NCBI GenBank assembly: GCA_016218255.1
Contig: JACREN010000002.1
Coordinates: 4,029-68,028, forward strand
Reading direction: 5' to 3'
From: Candidatus Gottesmanbacteria bacterium
GTDB lineage: Bacteria; Patescibacteriota; Microgenomatia; UBA10105; UBA927
Length of the DNA stretch: 64,000 nucleotides
The position numbers were made by a program, and so were the translations under genes. Of the stretch, positions 31,619 through 40,577 are shown one piece after another. Below the pieces are notes generated by a model. The model was given only the letters and a program-made list of their open reading frames with translations, ran no database searches and was not told where the DNA came from. Every line of letters begins with the position of its first letter. The first letter of the stretch is position 1.

Positions 31619-33289
31619 ATGCATCCTGAAACCTTAACTCAACGCATAGCAATTATGGGCGAATCCGCGGACTCCGACAGACCACCTGTTTCATCACACC
31701 TTCCGGACATCGTTGAGACACCGATCACAAATAGTAATCCGTATTACGACTTCAATGACATCCTTGAACCTGCCATAAAGAAATATGCCGCTGCTTTCGG
31801 AGGCGGCGGACCGGGAGAGCCTACTGATACAGAAAAAAGCGCAAGACACTTACATTTTATTCTCACCACCAAAAGACAACTCAGTACGGACTGGGATCAT
31901 ACCATCGTTGATAGCAAACCGATTTTTGATGATGATATAAAAATAACCGCAAGAGAAGGGTATCTGCCAATTGAATTAGAGAATATCGACCTCCTATGTC
32001 TATTGGCATTAACGGGAACAGCAGTGAATATAGAAACCGGAAAAGGAGCTAACGCATGGCGCTGGGCAATGTACATCCAAGAGCGATTGGATCTTATTGC
32101 CACAAAATTAGGAAACAAAAGGCACGACAAACTTGGCAGCCCATTTCACAACAGACTTCTAACGCTTCATGACAACCAACCAGTAGTCTTTACCTACACA
32201 TCCAGCAATGGAGCCAGATCTATTGATCTCTTATCGAATCAAATCATTATAGACAAGCCTATTCCGCTTACCGCCTGGGAGAGACTCCAGAAACATGGCG
32301 ATCTTCTTCGTGACTCAACGCTCCCACAGCAATTGGAAAGAATACAAAAACGCCGCAATCATTTTGGAAGCGTGACACTGGACTCTCCGGTTATGACCCC
32401 ACGCGTAAAATATGATGAAACTAAAGATCATTATGCGCTGGATCGGGTTAAGGGCATACAGGTACCAGTCACCAATCAGGTGTCACCAGACAATTATGAA
32501 CCTATTATTCGATATCAAGATCTAACCCGCGAGGTCGACCAGCAACTGTCAGAACCCGAGCTCAATCACCGCATGCAGCTCCAGGCAGATATCCGGGATT
32601 TTGCGGTCTTTATCGCAGGAGAAAGCACAAAAGCAAACCTGGTTCTAGATATTCAAAAAATCAAAAATGATCCAACGCTCAATTCCCGTTGGGAACAAAC
32701 AACCGGCATTCATATAACCGATAACGCGACGCTCTATCACGCAGTCCAAGCTTTGTTTAGAGATACCGGAGTCAAAATTTTTCAGGCACATGCACAGGGA
32801 ATCACCTATTTCGATATCGGTGCAATAGACAAACAAAATAGTTCTCGAAAGGTAAAAAATTATACCCAGGGCCTTCTGCGATGCTGGATGAGAGAGATAC
32901 ACGGAATAGAAGACGAATCCGTAGCGCCGGAAATCCCAAAGTTTTTCACAACAAGCCTGGGCGATGCACCTCCAACGACTGAGAATGAATTTACCAACGA
33001 TGCCCCAATGATAAGCCATACCGGAGGGGTAAACGTCGGACCGTTTGATGATACACAAATTAAAAAAAGAAACGGTTGGCCAATGAATCTCAACGCGCTG
33101 TGTCCACAAGCAAAAAATATACAACTCACACACTGGTATCTGATGCAACTTCTTGTGGGAAGTGTGCAGGAACAATACCTTTCAAAGACAGTCGATGCGT
33201 TTATTGCTATCCTTGCATCGCTCCGACAAGAAAGAAGAACGGCTTTGAAAGAAACATCTGTAATTGGAAAAACATCTAGTGTACAATAA
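31619..33289 (+). CDS. Divergent HAD-IIB (Cof-like) phosphatase with an enlarged cap
   Basis: Motif I DWDHT, motif II ETGK, SNGA, motif III DK and motif IV GD...ND.PM. Confidence 0.7.
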   Translation: MHPETLTQRIAIMGESADSDRPPVSSHLPDIVETPITNSNPYYDFNDILEPAIKKYAAAFGGGGPGEPTDTEKSARHLHFILTTKRQLSTDWDHTIVDSKPIFDDDIKITAREGYLPIELENIDLLCLLALTGTAVNIETGKGANAWRWAMYIQERLDLIATKLGNKRHDKLGSPFHNRLLTLHDNQPVVFTYTSSNGARSIDLLSNQIIIDKPIPLTAWERLQKHGDLLRDSTLPQQLERIQKRRNHFGSVTLDSPVMTPRVKYDETKDHYALDRVKGIQVPVTNQVSPDNYEPIIRYQDLTREVDQQLSEPELNHRMQLQADIRDFAVFIAGESTKANLVLDIQKIKNDPTLNSRWEQTTGIHITDNATLYHAVQALFRDTGVKIFQAHAQGITYFDIGAIDKQNSSRKVKNYTQGLLRCWMREIHGIEDESVAPEIPKFFTTSLGDAPPTTENEFTNDAPMISHTGGVNVGPFDDTQIKKRNGWPMNLNALCPQAKNIQLTHWYLMQLLVGSVQEQYLSKTVDAFIAILASLRQERRTALKETSVIGKTSSVQ

Positions 33290-33296
33290 CCTCGAT

Positions 33297-34373
33297 ATGA
33301 TGAAATTTTCTACCCTCCAAACCATTACCGATAATTTTTATAAAGAGCTCCAATTGGCAAAAGCCGGAAAAAAAACGAGCCTGCCGTTTATCAAACACCA
33401 GCTTTCACTCACTCCCAAAGTAAAAAAAGGCGAGGTATTTCAGGTGCTCCGCATCGGCGGATCCATATACCAAAATGCACTGGTGAAACGGATCAACGGC
33501 AAAATCGCCATCGAGCGAAGTGCCCAGCGGCCATTGCCGGTATTTAGAACCCAGGAAATTTTTCTCTCCTTCATCGATCGGGTACTGGATAAATCCGTCA
33601 ATCATCTGGCACTCAACTTCGCCTATCCCATGAAGCCGCTATCCCGTGACGGGTATCTGGACGGTACGCTGGTATCAGGCAGCAAAGAACATGAATTTGC
33701 AGGCCTCGTGGGCAACGCAGTAGGAGAGACGATTGAACGATATATCAAAGACAAACAGAAGCGCACGATCCATACGGCTCTAGCCAATGACACAGTATGC
33801 CTGCTTCTGTCCGGGCTTACCCAATTTCCAAAAAACAATCTCGTCGCCGGCATCATCGGCACCGGACTCAATTTTGCGATATTCTTAGATGAACAAACCC
33901 TCGTCAATTTGGAGTCGGCAAATTTTGACAAATTTCCACAAAGCCAGGAAGGCAAACTCATAGACCAGGGATCCAATCACCCGGGGTCGTCACTGTTTGA
34001 AAAAGAAATTTCCGGCGGCTATTTATACAAAAACTTTAACATCCGCTTAGCCAAAGAAGGACTGGGGTACCCGAACGTTTCTTCAACCAAAGAAATGGAC
34101 AAGGTAGCCTTTAACGACATCCCCAAAGTGTCACTGCTTGCCCGTGAAGTATCTGAACATTCTTCATCGCTCGTGGCCTGCCAGATAGCTGGCATTACAA
34201 AATTGTATAACCGCGACTGCACGGTCGTTATTGAGGGCAGTTTATTCTGGAAAGGGTACCGGTACAAAGAAAACGTCGGCGTCGTATGCCGCCAGCTTGA
34301 ACCGGATCACCAGGTCTCCTTCGTCTTCGTCGAAGAAAGCGGGATTTTAGGAGCAGCGAAACTCATTTCGTGA
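33297..34373 (+). CDS. Hexokinase-family sugar kinase
   Basis: LNFAYPM, SKEH, ANDTV, IIGTGLN, VNLES, FEKEISGGYL, EGSLF and ESGILGAA. Confidence 0.85.
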   Translation: MMKFSTLQTITDNFYKELQLAKAGKKTSLPFIKHQLSLTPKVKKGEVFQVLRIGGSIYQNALVKRINGKIAIERSAQRPLPVFRTQEIFLSFIDRVLDKSVNHLALNFAYPMKPLSRDGYLDGTLVSGSKEHEFAGLVGNAVGETIERYIKDKQKRTIHTALANDTVCLLLSGLTQFPKNNLVAGIIGTGLNFAIFLDEQTLVNLESANFDKFPQSQEGKLIDQGSNHPGSSLFEKEISGGYLYKNFNIRLAKEGLGYPNVSSTKEMDKVAFNDIPKVSLLAREVSEHSSSLVACQIAGITKLYNRDCTVVIEGSLFWKGYRYKENVGVVCRQLEPDHQVSFVFVEESGILGAAKLIS

Positions 34374-34376
34374 CCG

Positions 34377-34419
34377 GTTTGTCATTGCGAGGAGTCTTCG
34401 ACGAAGCAATCTCTTGTTT
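34377..34419 (+). repeat. Left inverted repeat of the GIY-YIG cassette
   Basis: gtttgtcattgcgaggag-tcttcgacgaa-gcaatctcttgttt. Confidence 0.9.
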
Positions 34420-34716
34420 ATGAGTGTCCATCACTACTTTGTATATATAATGACAAATGTAGTTCATACAACCCTGTATACTGGCGTTACTAATCATTTA
34501 ACTCGAAGAGTATTTGAACATAAATTCCATCAAGGCCCGTCATTTACATCCAAATATAAAGTAAACAGACTTATATATTATGAAATATTTACTGATATTC
34601 GAGAGGCAATACAACGAGAAAAGCAAATCAAAGCGGGTTCAAGACAGAAAAAAATTGACCTTATTCGTTCTATGAATCCTGGATGGGAAGATTTATTTAA
34701 GAAAATAATTGCCTAA
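34420..34716 (+). CDS. Small GIY-YIG nuclease
   Basis: YFVYIM, LYTGVTN.L.RRV.EH, FTSKY, REKQIK and NPGWEDL; AT-rich. Confidence 0.93.
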   Translation: MSVHHYFVYIMTNVVHTTLYTGVTNHLTRRVFEHKFHQGPSFTSKYKVNRLIYYEIFTDIREAIQREKQIKAGSRQKKIDLIRSMNPGWEDLFKKIIA

Positions 34717-34735
34717 ATCTACTATCGGAGTAATC

Positions 34736-34779
34736 AAACAAGAGATTGCCGCGTCACTTCGCTCCTCGCAATGACAAAC
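34736..34779 (-). repeat. Right inverted repeat of the GIY-YIG cassette
   Basis: Reverse complement is gtttgtcattgcgaggag-cgaagtgacgcg-gcaatctcttgttt; the outer 18 bp and inner 14 bp are identical to the left copy. Confidence 0.9.
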
Positions 34780-35732
34780 TATTTCCGGTGAAATTTTGTG
34801 TGAATTTCGCGAAGTTGCGGATTCGTAATGTGTGTATACACTTGCGTTGTGGCAACATTTTTATGCCCCAGCATTTCCTGGATCGCGCGAAGATCCGCAC
34901 CGCCGTGCAGAAGATCTGTCGCAAAACTGTGGCGGAGCCCGTGCGGGGTAATTTTTATGGGCAGCCGGGCTTTTTTCACATATTTTTCCACTAACCGTTG
35001 GACGCTTCGGGCAGTCAGCCGCAACGACTCGCCGCTGGTCTCGCCTTCAACCGGTTTTTTTCCGGAATACCGGATGAATATGGGCTTTCCATCATCTTCG
35101 CGGCCGGACAGATATCGCCGCAACCACTCAGCCGCACTGTCTGATAAAAATACCACGCGCGGCCTGCGGCCTTTACCGATGACGCCGAATTCTTTGCGGT
35201 CCAGATTAATCTGGTCGCGATTGAGTGATACAAGCTCTGATACACGAAGTCCTGTGGAAAACAACACTTCCAAAATCGCTTTGTCCCGCAAACCCTCGGG
35301 CGTTGAAATTTCCGGCATATTGAGCAACCGATCCACCTGCTCACGTTCAAGAAATTTTATGGAACGGCTTTCTGCTTTCGGCAGTTCAATGGTTTCTGGA
35401 GCAAGCGTTTTGACGCCGTGCCGTGTGAGATATTTGAGAAACGACCGGAGGGCAATCAGATGATAATTTTGCGTCACGCGCTTGAGCGATATGCCATGAG
35501 GATCAACGAAACGGGAAAGAAATAAACGGTATTCATGAATCGTATCGGGGGTAATAGCAGAAAGCGGAATAGTTTTCACAGGAGTTTTCACGGATGGAGC
35601 AGAGGAGTCTCCTCTAAGAAATCTCAAAAACCGCTCTAAATAGTGCCGATAGTTGCGGATCGTGAGCCGGGAAACATTTTTCTCAATTTCGAGGTATTCT
35701 AGAAAGTCTTGGATATATTGCTCAAGATTCAT
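34779..35732 (-). CDS. XerC/XerD-family tyrosine recombinase
   Basis: SAM-like N-terminus, RDKAIL...TGLRVSE, GKG, HGLRHSFAT and LGH...TTQVY. Confidence 0.95.
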   Translation of the reverse strand: MNLEQYIQDFLEYLEIEKNVSRLTIRNYRHYLERFLRFLRGDSSAPSVKTPVKTIPLSAITPDTIHEYRLFLSRFVDPHGISLKRVTQNYHLIALRSFLKYLTRHGVKTLAPETIELPKAESRSIKFLEREQVDRLLNMPEISTPEGLRDKAILEVLFSTGLRVSELVSLNRDQINLDRKEFGVIGKGRRPRVVFLSDSAAEWLRRYLSGREDDGKPIFIRYSGKKPVEGETSGESLRLTARSVQRLVEKYVKKARLPIKITPHGLRHSFATDLLHGGADLRAIQEMLGHKNVATTQVYTHITNPQLREIHTKFHRK

Positions 35733-36426
35733 AAATGCCTCTACAATCCATATTGTACGACATAGAGCAAATTGTCAACATATCTTTACAACTGGACGCT
35801 TCAGGTCGGCATACCTTGATTCTCGCGACGGTCAAGGTCCAGACCTCTTCATGCTTTCCTAGTATTTTCCGCCAAGGCCGTGACCATCGCTGCGAAAAGA
35901 TATGCCTCCCAAGCGTCTATAAATGGTAATAAATCTAGCCTCAGTTTTGAGGCTGTAGGATGCCCTAGGAAGGCTTTTCCAGACACACGAGCACTAGATA
36001 GTCATCCAGGCTACAGATAAAAAGTTCATGGTTCATAGTTCATAGCAAAACGAGTTCAGATAAAACAAGGGAATACACAGTAGATAGACTGATGATTGTA
36101 TATTCAATAAAAGTCCATTTTGCGATGATTTTCTACGCGTCGCAACAACGGACGCATACATTTGGGTACGCACACGAGAGAGGTATACGTCGCAAAAGTA
36201 TTCTTGTGCGACATCATAGGTGATTATACTCTGCCAGAGCCAGATCCATAGAAATCCTGCTGTTTGACCCGGGGAATAACTCACAGGAATATACCAACAT
36301 GTATCTGCGCCCCCTGAAGAAGAGACTGTTCTTCTTGGAGTGTCAAATCGGCACAAAATACCACTTCTCCGGATACACCTAAAAACGCCCATTCGGCTTT
36401 TCTATGGACGTCGCAAATAGAGCGTT

Positions 36427-36636
36427 ATTATGCTCTAAACACTAACTTTTGAAGCTAATACTACGCTGCTTCCGGTGGTTTATTGAGTGTATTTTGGAGC
36501 GTAAAGACAGCACAAACTGTATCATTTGAAGCTATTTCTGTTCCCCGCTGGCACTCATGTGAACCAAGCAACAAGCCGCTCATGTTTCGGTTTATTTTAG
36601 CCTATCATTATGCTCTAAACTCTTATTTTTGAAGCT
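36427..36636 (+). repeat. 30-bp direct repeats 180 bp apart
   Basis: attatgctctaaac-N6-ttttgaagct at 36427-36456 and 36607-36636 (27/30 identical); partial copy at 36514-36534. Confidence 0.8.
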
Positions 36637-36916
36637 GATTTCACCAACATTGTGCGCTTCTATATCAATAATTTAGAGCATATCAACAATCTAAACCTCC
36701 ATAATTACGCACACATTGTGTACTCAATCCGAAGAAGAGTAGAACGGTGTTTAATACAGCGGAGGCGAGGCAGGCTTGCCCCCTATGGAGACAGACGTAC
36801 TTTACTTCCCGATACTGTTTGTGAAATGAACACTATTAATACCGTGAAAAGAATTATCTCTCCCGCACCACTTCGCGTGCGGGACAGGCACAAAATAAAT
36901 GTCCTATAGTTTTAAG

Positions 36917-36925
36917 TTATCCACA
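36917..36925 (+). promoter_or_regulatory. Perfect DnaA box followed by an AT-only tract
   Basis: TTATCCACA followed by aatatataatataaatatat. Confidence 0.4.
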
Positions 36926-36955
36926 AATATATAATATAAATATATCAAACCATAT

Positions 36956-36985
36956 CAACGTATCGATGCTTCGCATCGTACGTTG
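36956..36985. terminator. Hairpin downstream of the 37018-37839 gene (possible terminator)
   Basis: caacgta-t-cgatgc-ttc-gcatcg-tacgttg; no clear U-tract. Confidence 0.4.
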
Positions 36986-37017
36986 TGAACACTACCCTCT
37001 CCCCGACTTCCCTGTTC

Positions 37018-37839
37018 TTATAAATTTCCCCGCCAGCTGGTAGTGATTACTACCAACAAAAACACAACCATACAGACCACAAAAAATTCAATCACATTTT
37101 TCTTGTACAGCTTTTCCACGACATACTGCTGCGACATACCAGATAGGCTATAAAAACAGGTCGTGAAAAAAAGCGCCTGGAGCGTGGTCTTGACAGGTAA
37201 AAAAGAAAACACCCATGATAATTCTGCAAGAAGAAGCGTCAGAGCCAACGATAAATGCCACACTCGCCTGCTCACTCGGCTTCCTAATTCCATAGACCAA
37301 AGCGACTGCAAAAGAAGAGGAAAACTTATCAAAGCGGTGAGCACGGCCACAACACCGCTAGAAAATCTGAATGCCAGGACCGTCTGCATAAGCAAAAAAT
37401 ACGTGAGGATGGTCACCAAAAACCCGATGGATTGTGCCGCGCGCAACAGTGCAATCGTACGATCTGCTGCCACATTGTAAATATTTTCCGTCAGGAGTAA
37501 CGCGTACATGCCCACAGCGTACAACACTGCCACCGGCACCCGCGTGAGCCAACGCACCGGCAATAAAAAATAAAACAGCGCGATCGCAGCGGTAAAAAAA
37601 GTTGGAAGTGTCAGAAGCGTTACCCATTCTATCCCTGCCAAATCTTCACGAAGTCCGAACGCAGCAAACACATACGTCGCAAGCGATAACGCCAATACCA
37701 TCGGATACCGCCAATCAGGGGGAACCAGCTGCGTGAGCACCAAGCCAATGGTCAAAAGCAACGTAATTGCAACTAATTGTTGCCGTCTGGACAATGCCAG
37801 CTTTCTCCCCCACCGTTTCACGAGTAATTGAAGATTCAT
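37018..37839 (-). CDS. Polytopic membrane protein of unknown function
   Basis: About 9 TM segments and LLTENIYNVAA.RTIALLRAA; follows yebC on the same strand. Confidence 0.8.
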   Translation of the reverse strand: MNLQLLVKRWGRKLALSRRQQLVAITLLLTIGLVLTQLVPPDWRYPMVLALSLATYVFAAFGLREDLAGIEWVTLLTLPTFFTAAIALFYFLLPVRWLTRVPVAVLYAVGMYALLLTENIYNVAADRTIALLRAAQSIGFLVTILTYFLLMQTVLAFRFSSGVVAVLTALISFPLLLQSLWSMELGSRVSRRVWHLSLALTLLLAELSWVFSFLPVKTTLQALFFTTCFYSLSGMSQQYVVEKLYKKNVIEFFVVCMVVFLLVVITTSWRGNL

Positions 37840-37874
37840 AATCTGAACATCATAGTGTCCGAGCCTCTTTGGGG

Positions 37875-38600
37875 CTATTTCCAGACAGCATTGGTATACA
37901 CTTTCTGAACATCGTCTAATAATTCTAATTGGTCAATGAAAGCGCCAAGTTGCGTTTGTTGATCTTGGGTAAGCGTAAGCGGGACTACTGGATTCATAAC
38001 AAGCTCAGCAGTTTCAATGGAAAAACCTAATGCAACCAATTTTTGTTTCACGTCGTAGAGTGCGGCCGGCTCTGTATAGACCTCAAATACGTCTTCCGCT
38101 TCCGTCACGTCCTCGGCTCCTGCTTCTATGCCAGCCGCTATCATTGCATCCAGCCCCGCTCCCCCTTTGTGCACGAACAGCACGCCATTTTTGACAAATT
38201 GAAACTGCACCGCCCCCGGTCCGGCCAGCGTTCCGCCGCCGCGTTCGAGTACATTTTTTACGATCGACGTCGTGCGATTCCGGTTGTCTGTTGCCCCCTC
38301 AATGAGTATCGCCGCTCCGCCAGGTCCATATCCTTCATACAAGACCTGCTCAAATACGGTTGCCCCTTCTCCCGCTGCTTTATCGATCGCCCGCTGAATG
38401 GTGTCCTTGGGCATATTCACCTCACGGGCCTTATCCATCGCCAAGCGGAGACGAAAATTACCGTTGGGATCCGTGACGCCGCCGCCTTCCTTTACTGCCA
38501 CCGTAATGGCACGGGAGGCCTTGGTAAAGGCTGCAGCTTTTGCTACATCGGTTGTCGCTTTCTGATGTTTTACTTTAGACCATTTCGAATGACCGGACAT
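37875..38600 (-). CDS. yebC: YebC/PmpR family protein
   Basis: MSGHSKW, NMPKD, YEGYGPGG, TDNRNRT and DDVQKVYTN. Confidence 0.96.
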   Translation of the reverse strand: MSGHSKWSKVKHQKATTDVAKAAAFTKASRAITVAVKEGGGVTDPNGNFRLRLAMDKAREVNMPKDTIQRAIDKAAGEGATVFEQVLYEGYGPGGAAILIEGATDNRNRTTSIVKNVLERGGGTLAGPGAVQFQFVKNGVLFVHKGGAGLDAMIAAGIEAGAEDVTEAEDVFEVYTEPAALYDVKQKLVALGFSIETAELVMNPVVPLTLTQDQQTQLGAFIDQLELLDDVQKVYTNAVWK

Positions 38601-38604
38601 AGAG

Positions 38605-38692
38605 AATGCTAAATATCCAATGCTAAATGCTAAACAGAAAAAGAGACGATATCTTTTTGAAATTTACCATTTGGCATTTATCATTTAGCATT
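38605..38692. repeat. Inverted pair of AATGCTA-type heptamer arrays
   Basis: aatgcta-aatatcc-aatgcta-aatgcta-aa faces an arm whose reverse complement is aatgcta-aatgata-aatgcca-aatggta-aa. Confidence 0.8.
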
Positions 38693-38711
38693 ACTGATTG
38701 TATCTTCTCCC

Positions 38712-38739
38712 TTGACATTTCTCAAGAAACCGATACACT
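38712..38739 (+). promoter_or_regulatory. Sigma70-like promoter
   Basis: TTGACA-N16-TACACT upstream of ATG 38761. Confidence 0.55.
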
Positions 38740-38760
38740 CTCCTTCACATCTTATATTTT

Positions 38761-39486
38761 ATGAATGACCGCCCGACTGCCGATGACGCGATACAAGCTG
38801 CACTCCTTCAAAATTGGAAAAACGCCATCCGTATAAATTCCGCACTCATAGACCTGGATAAAACCGATATCGACGCCCTGTGTAGACTTGCCTTTGCCTA
38901 TATGAAAACCGGCCAGGTCAATACGTCCAAACAAACCTATCAAAAGGTGCTCCGTCTGGACGCCTATCACCAAATCGCGCTGAAAAACATGAAAAAATTG
39001 GGTTCTCTCTCAAAAAAAGACCTCATCAAAAGTACACCGCTCCACGCAACGAGTCCGCTTATGTTTCTGGAGGAACCTGGAAAAACAAAAATGGTGGAAT
39101 GCGTGCACATCGCTCCGATTCCAGTGCTTTCCCGGCTCGTCAGCGGGCAGGAGGTGTTTCTGAAAGCAAAAAACCACGTCGTAGAAGTCCGCGATGAGCA
39201 AAACCGGTATATCGCTGCCATACCTGATGATCTTTCGTTTAAGCTGATAAAATTTTTGGCCGGGGGCAATACCTATAAAGCGCTTATCAAGGGAACGGAT
39301 ACAAAATCCGTCAAAATTTTTCTTCGGGAAATGTCCCGGGGGAAAAAATTTGCACAGCAACCGTCTTTCACCTCCACGACCAGCTATATACCGTTTGCCA
39401 AAGGTGGAACAATATCAATAGACACCAACGAGTCCACCGCCATTGATTCAGAAGACAAAGAAGACGATGCCCCTGACGAAGACTAA
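38761..39486 (+). CDS. TPR-containing protein with an acidic tail
   Basis: N-terminal TPR-like helices (ALCRLAFAY...YQKVL.LD..HQIA) and FLEEPGKTK. Confidence 0.8.
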   Translation: MNDRPTADDAIQAALLQNWKNAIRINSALIDLDKTDIDALCRLAFAYMKTGQVNTSKQTYQKVLRLDAYHQIALKNMKKLGSLSKKDLIKSTPLHATSPLMFLEEPGKTKMVECVHIAPIPVLSRLVSGQEVFLKAKNHVVEVRDEQNRYIAAIPDDLSFKLIKFLAGGNTYKALIKGTDTKSVKIFLREMSRGKKFAQQPSFTSTTSYIPFAKGGTISIDTNESTAIDSEDKEDDAPDED

Positions 39487-40367
39487 GGGGAAGACAGAAA
39501 CCGCTTCTCATACCGCAAGCCTACCCGTATCTCCAAATCACCTGCGTCTGACGGCTTCACAACCAACTGACAGTCAAGCGCGGCGGCAACAACCCGGGCG
39601 GTGACCGATTGCAATACCGATTGCTCACCACTCACAACACACTGGTCCACCCGCGGCGTATCATTGCCAACCCGAACCACAAAAATACCCATACGATTGA
39701 GTAGCCTCCCCACGCGTTTACCCAATGTCGGCATCTCTGTCGTGTTATAGACTGTGGCAGATAAATGTTCACGGCGGATCGCCTCATCTTCGAAAAGTGA
39801 ACCGAGTGCCGTATCAATACGATCGGGATCCAACACCTCGACACCTACTCCATCGGGCTGAGCGGTTTCCATCAGTCCGGTTTGGCGGTTCATAACGATC
39901 TCCTTCATCTGATCCGGCCGAATACTGCGCGTGTTCCATAGCCAAATCAACAACATGGTAATCGGCATATTCGTTCGGGGTAAGAAACGTTGCCCAGAGG
40001 TATCTAAATACCACGGAATAGGGACGCCAAACGCCTCTTCGAGGCTTTTCTGTACGAGTGCGGCACTTTTTTTATCCATCTCTCCCAACTTCCAAAGCGC
40101 ATCAAGTGAATACCTCCCATATCCTCCTACGGCATCGACCTGAACCGCGGCAGGAATGGTAATTTTTATAAATCCTCGTCCTGCCGGATCCCGCGACCAT
40201 ATCACCATGGGATCACCAACGGATAAGACGGTAAGTCGGGATACATCTGCTTTGGCCCCCATGGAAAACAGTACAATGCCGCCGGAAACGAGAACCAGCA
40301 GTACAAACACCAGCAAGACCATCCATCCATACCGGGCACCTAAGCGCTCGTACCGCTTTTTCTGCAT
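39483..40367 (-). CDS. LytR/CpsA/Psr-like protein with a LytR C-terminal domain
   Basis: N-terminal TM; VYNTT..PTLG...G..V.VGN and DLEIRVG..Y. Confidence 0.72.
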   Translation of the reverse strand: MQKKRYERLGARYGWMVLLVFVLLVLVSGGIVLFSMGAKADVSRLTVLSVGDPMVIWSRDPAGRGFIKITIPAAVQVDAVGGYGRYSLDALWKLGEMDKKSAALVQKSLEEAFGVPIPWYLDTSGQRFLPRTNMPITMLLIWLWNTRSIRPDQMKEIVMNRQTGLMETAQPDGVGVEVLDPDRIDTALGSLFEDEAIRREHLSATVYNTTEMPTLGKRVGRLLNRMGIFVVRVGNDTPRVDQCVVSGEQSVLQSVTARVVAAALDCQLVVKPSDAGDLEIRVGLRYEKRFLSSP

Positions 40368-40371
40368 GGGT

Positions 40372-40518
40372 TTACCACTCCTTTTTGCCTTTTTTGATGA
40401 TCTCTACCTGAGGCAACTGCCATGTGCTCCCGGAGAGCTGTTTTTGCGCCTTTTTTTCTAATTGGGATTTCTTGAGTTTTCGTTTATCCCCCTTATACAT
40501 ATCACCGAATCCGCCCAT
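40372..40518 (-). CDS. Small basic protein (48 aa)
   Basis: Perfect SD AGGAGGTG upstream of ATG 40518; MGGFGDMYKGDKRKLKK...KKGKKEW. Confidence 0.65.
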   Translation of the reverse strand: MGGFGDMYKGDKRKLKKSQLEKKAQKQLSGSTWQLPQVEIIKKGKKEW

Positions 40519-40577
40519 ATCACGCACCTCCTTCGCCTCGCCGCAGCTTTCGAGCATATAGGTGGGCTCTCTCTATT

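Noticed and set aside
36427-36636. CRISPR array (the reverse strand GTTTAGAGC resembles type II repeat starts)
   Set aside because: Only two good copies plus one degenerate copy, irregular spacing (77 and 103 bp), and no cas genes in the window
36033-36909. ORFs 36033-36392 (-) and 36652-36909 (+) as genes
   Set aside because: No recognisable motifs, atypical composition, and they lie within the motif- and hairpin-rich non-coding region
34779-37017. Integron or prophage integrase with att sites
   Set aside because: The protein looks like a housekeeping Xer without an obvious IntI insertion; no attC-cassette array or phage genes
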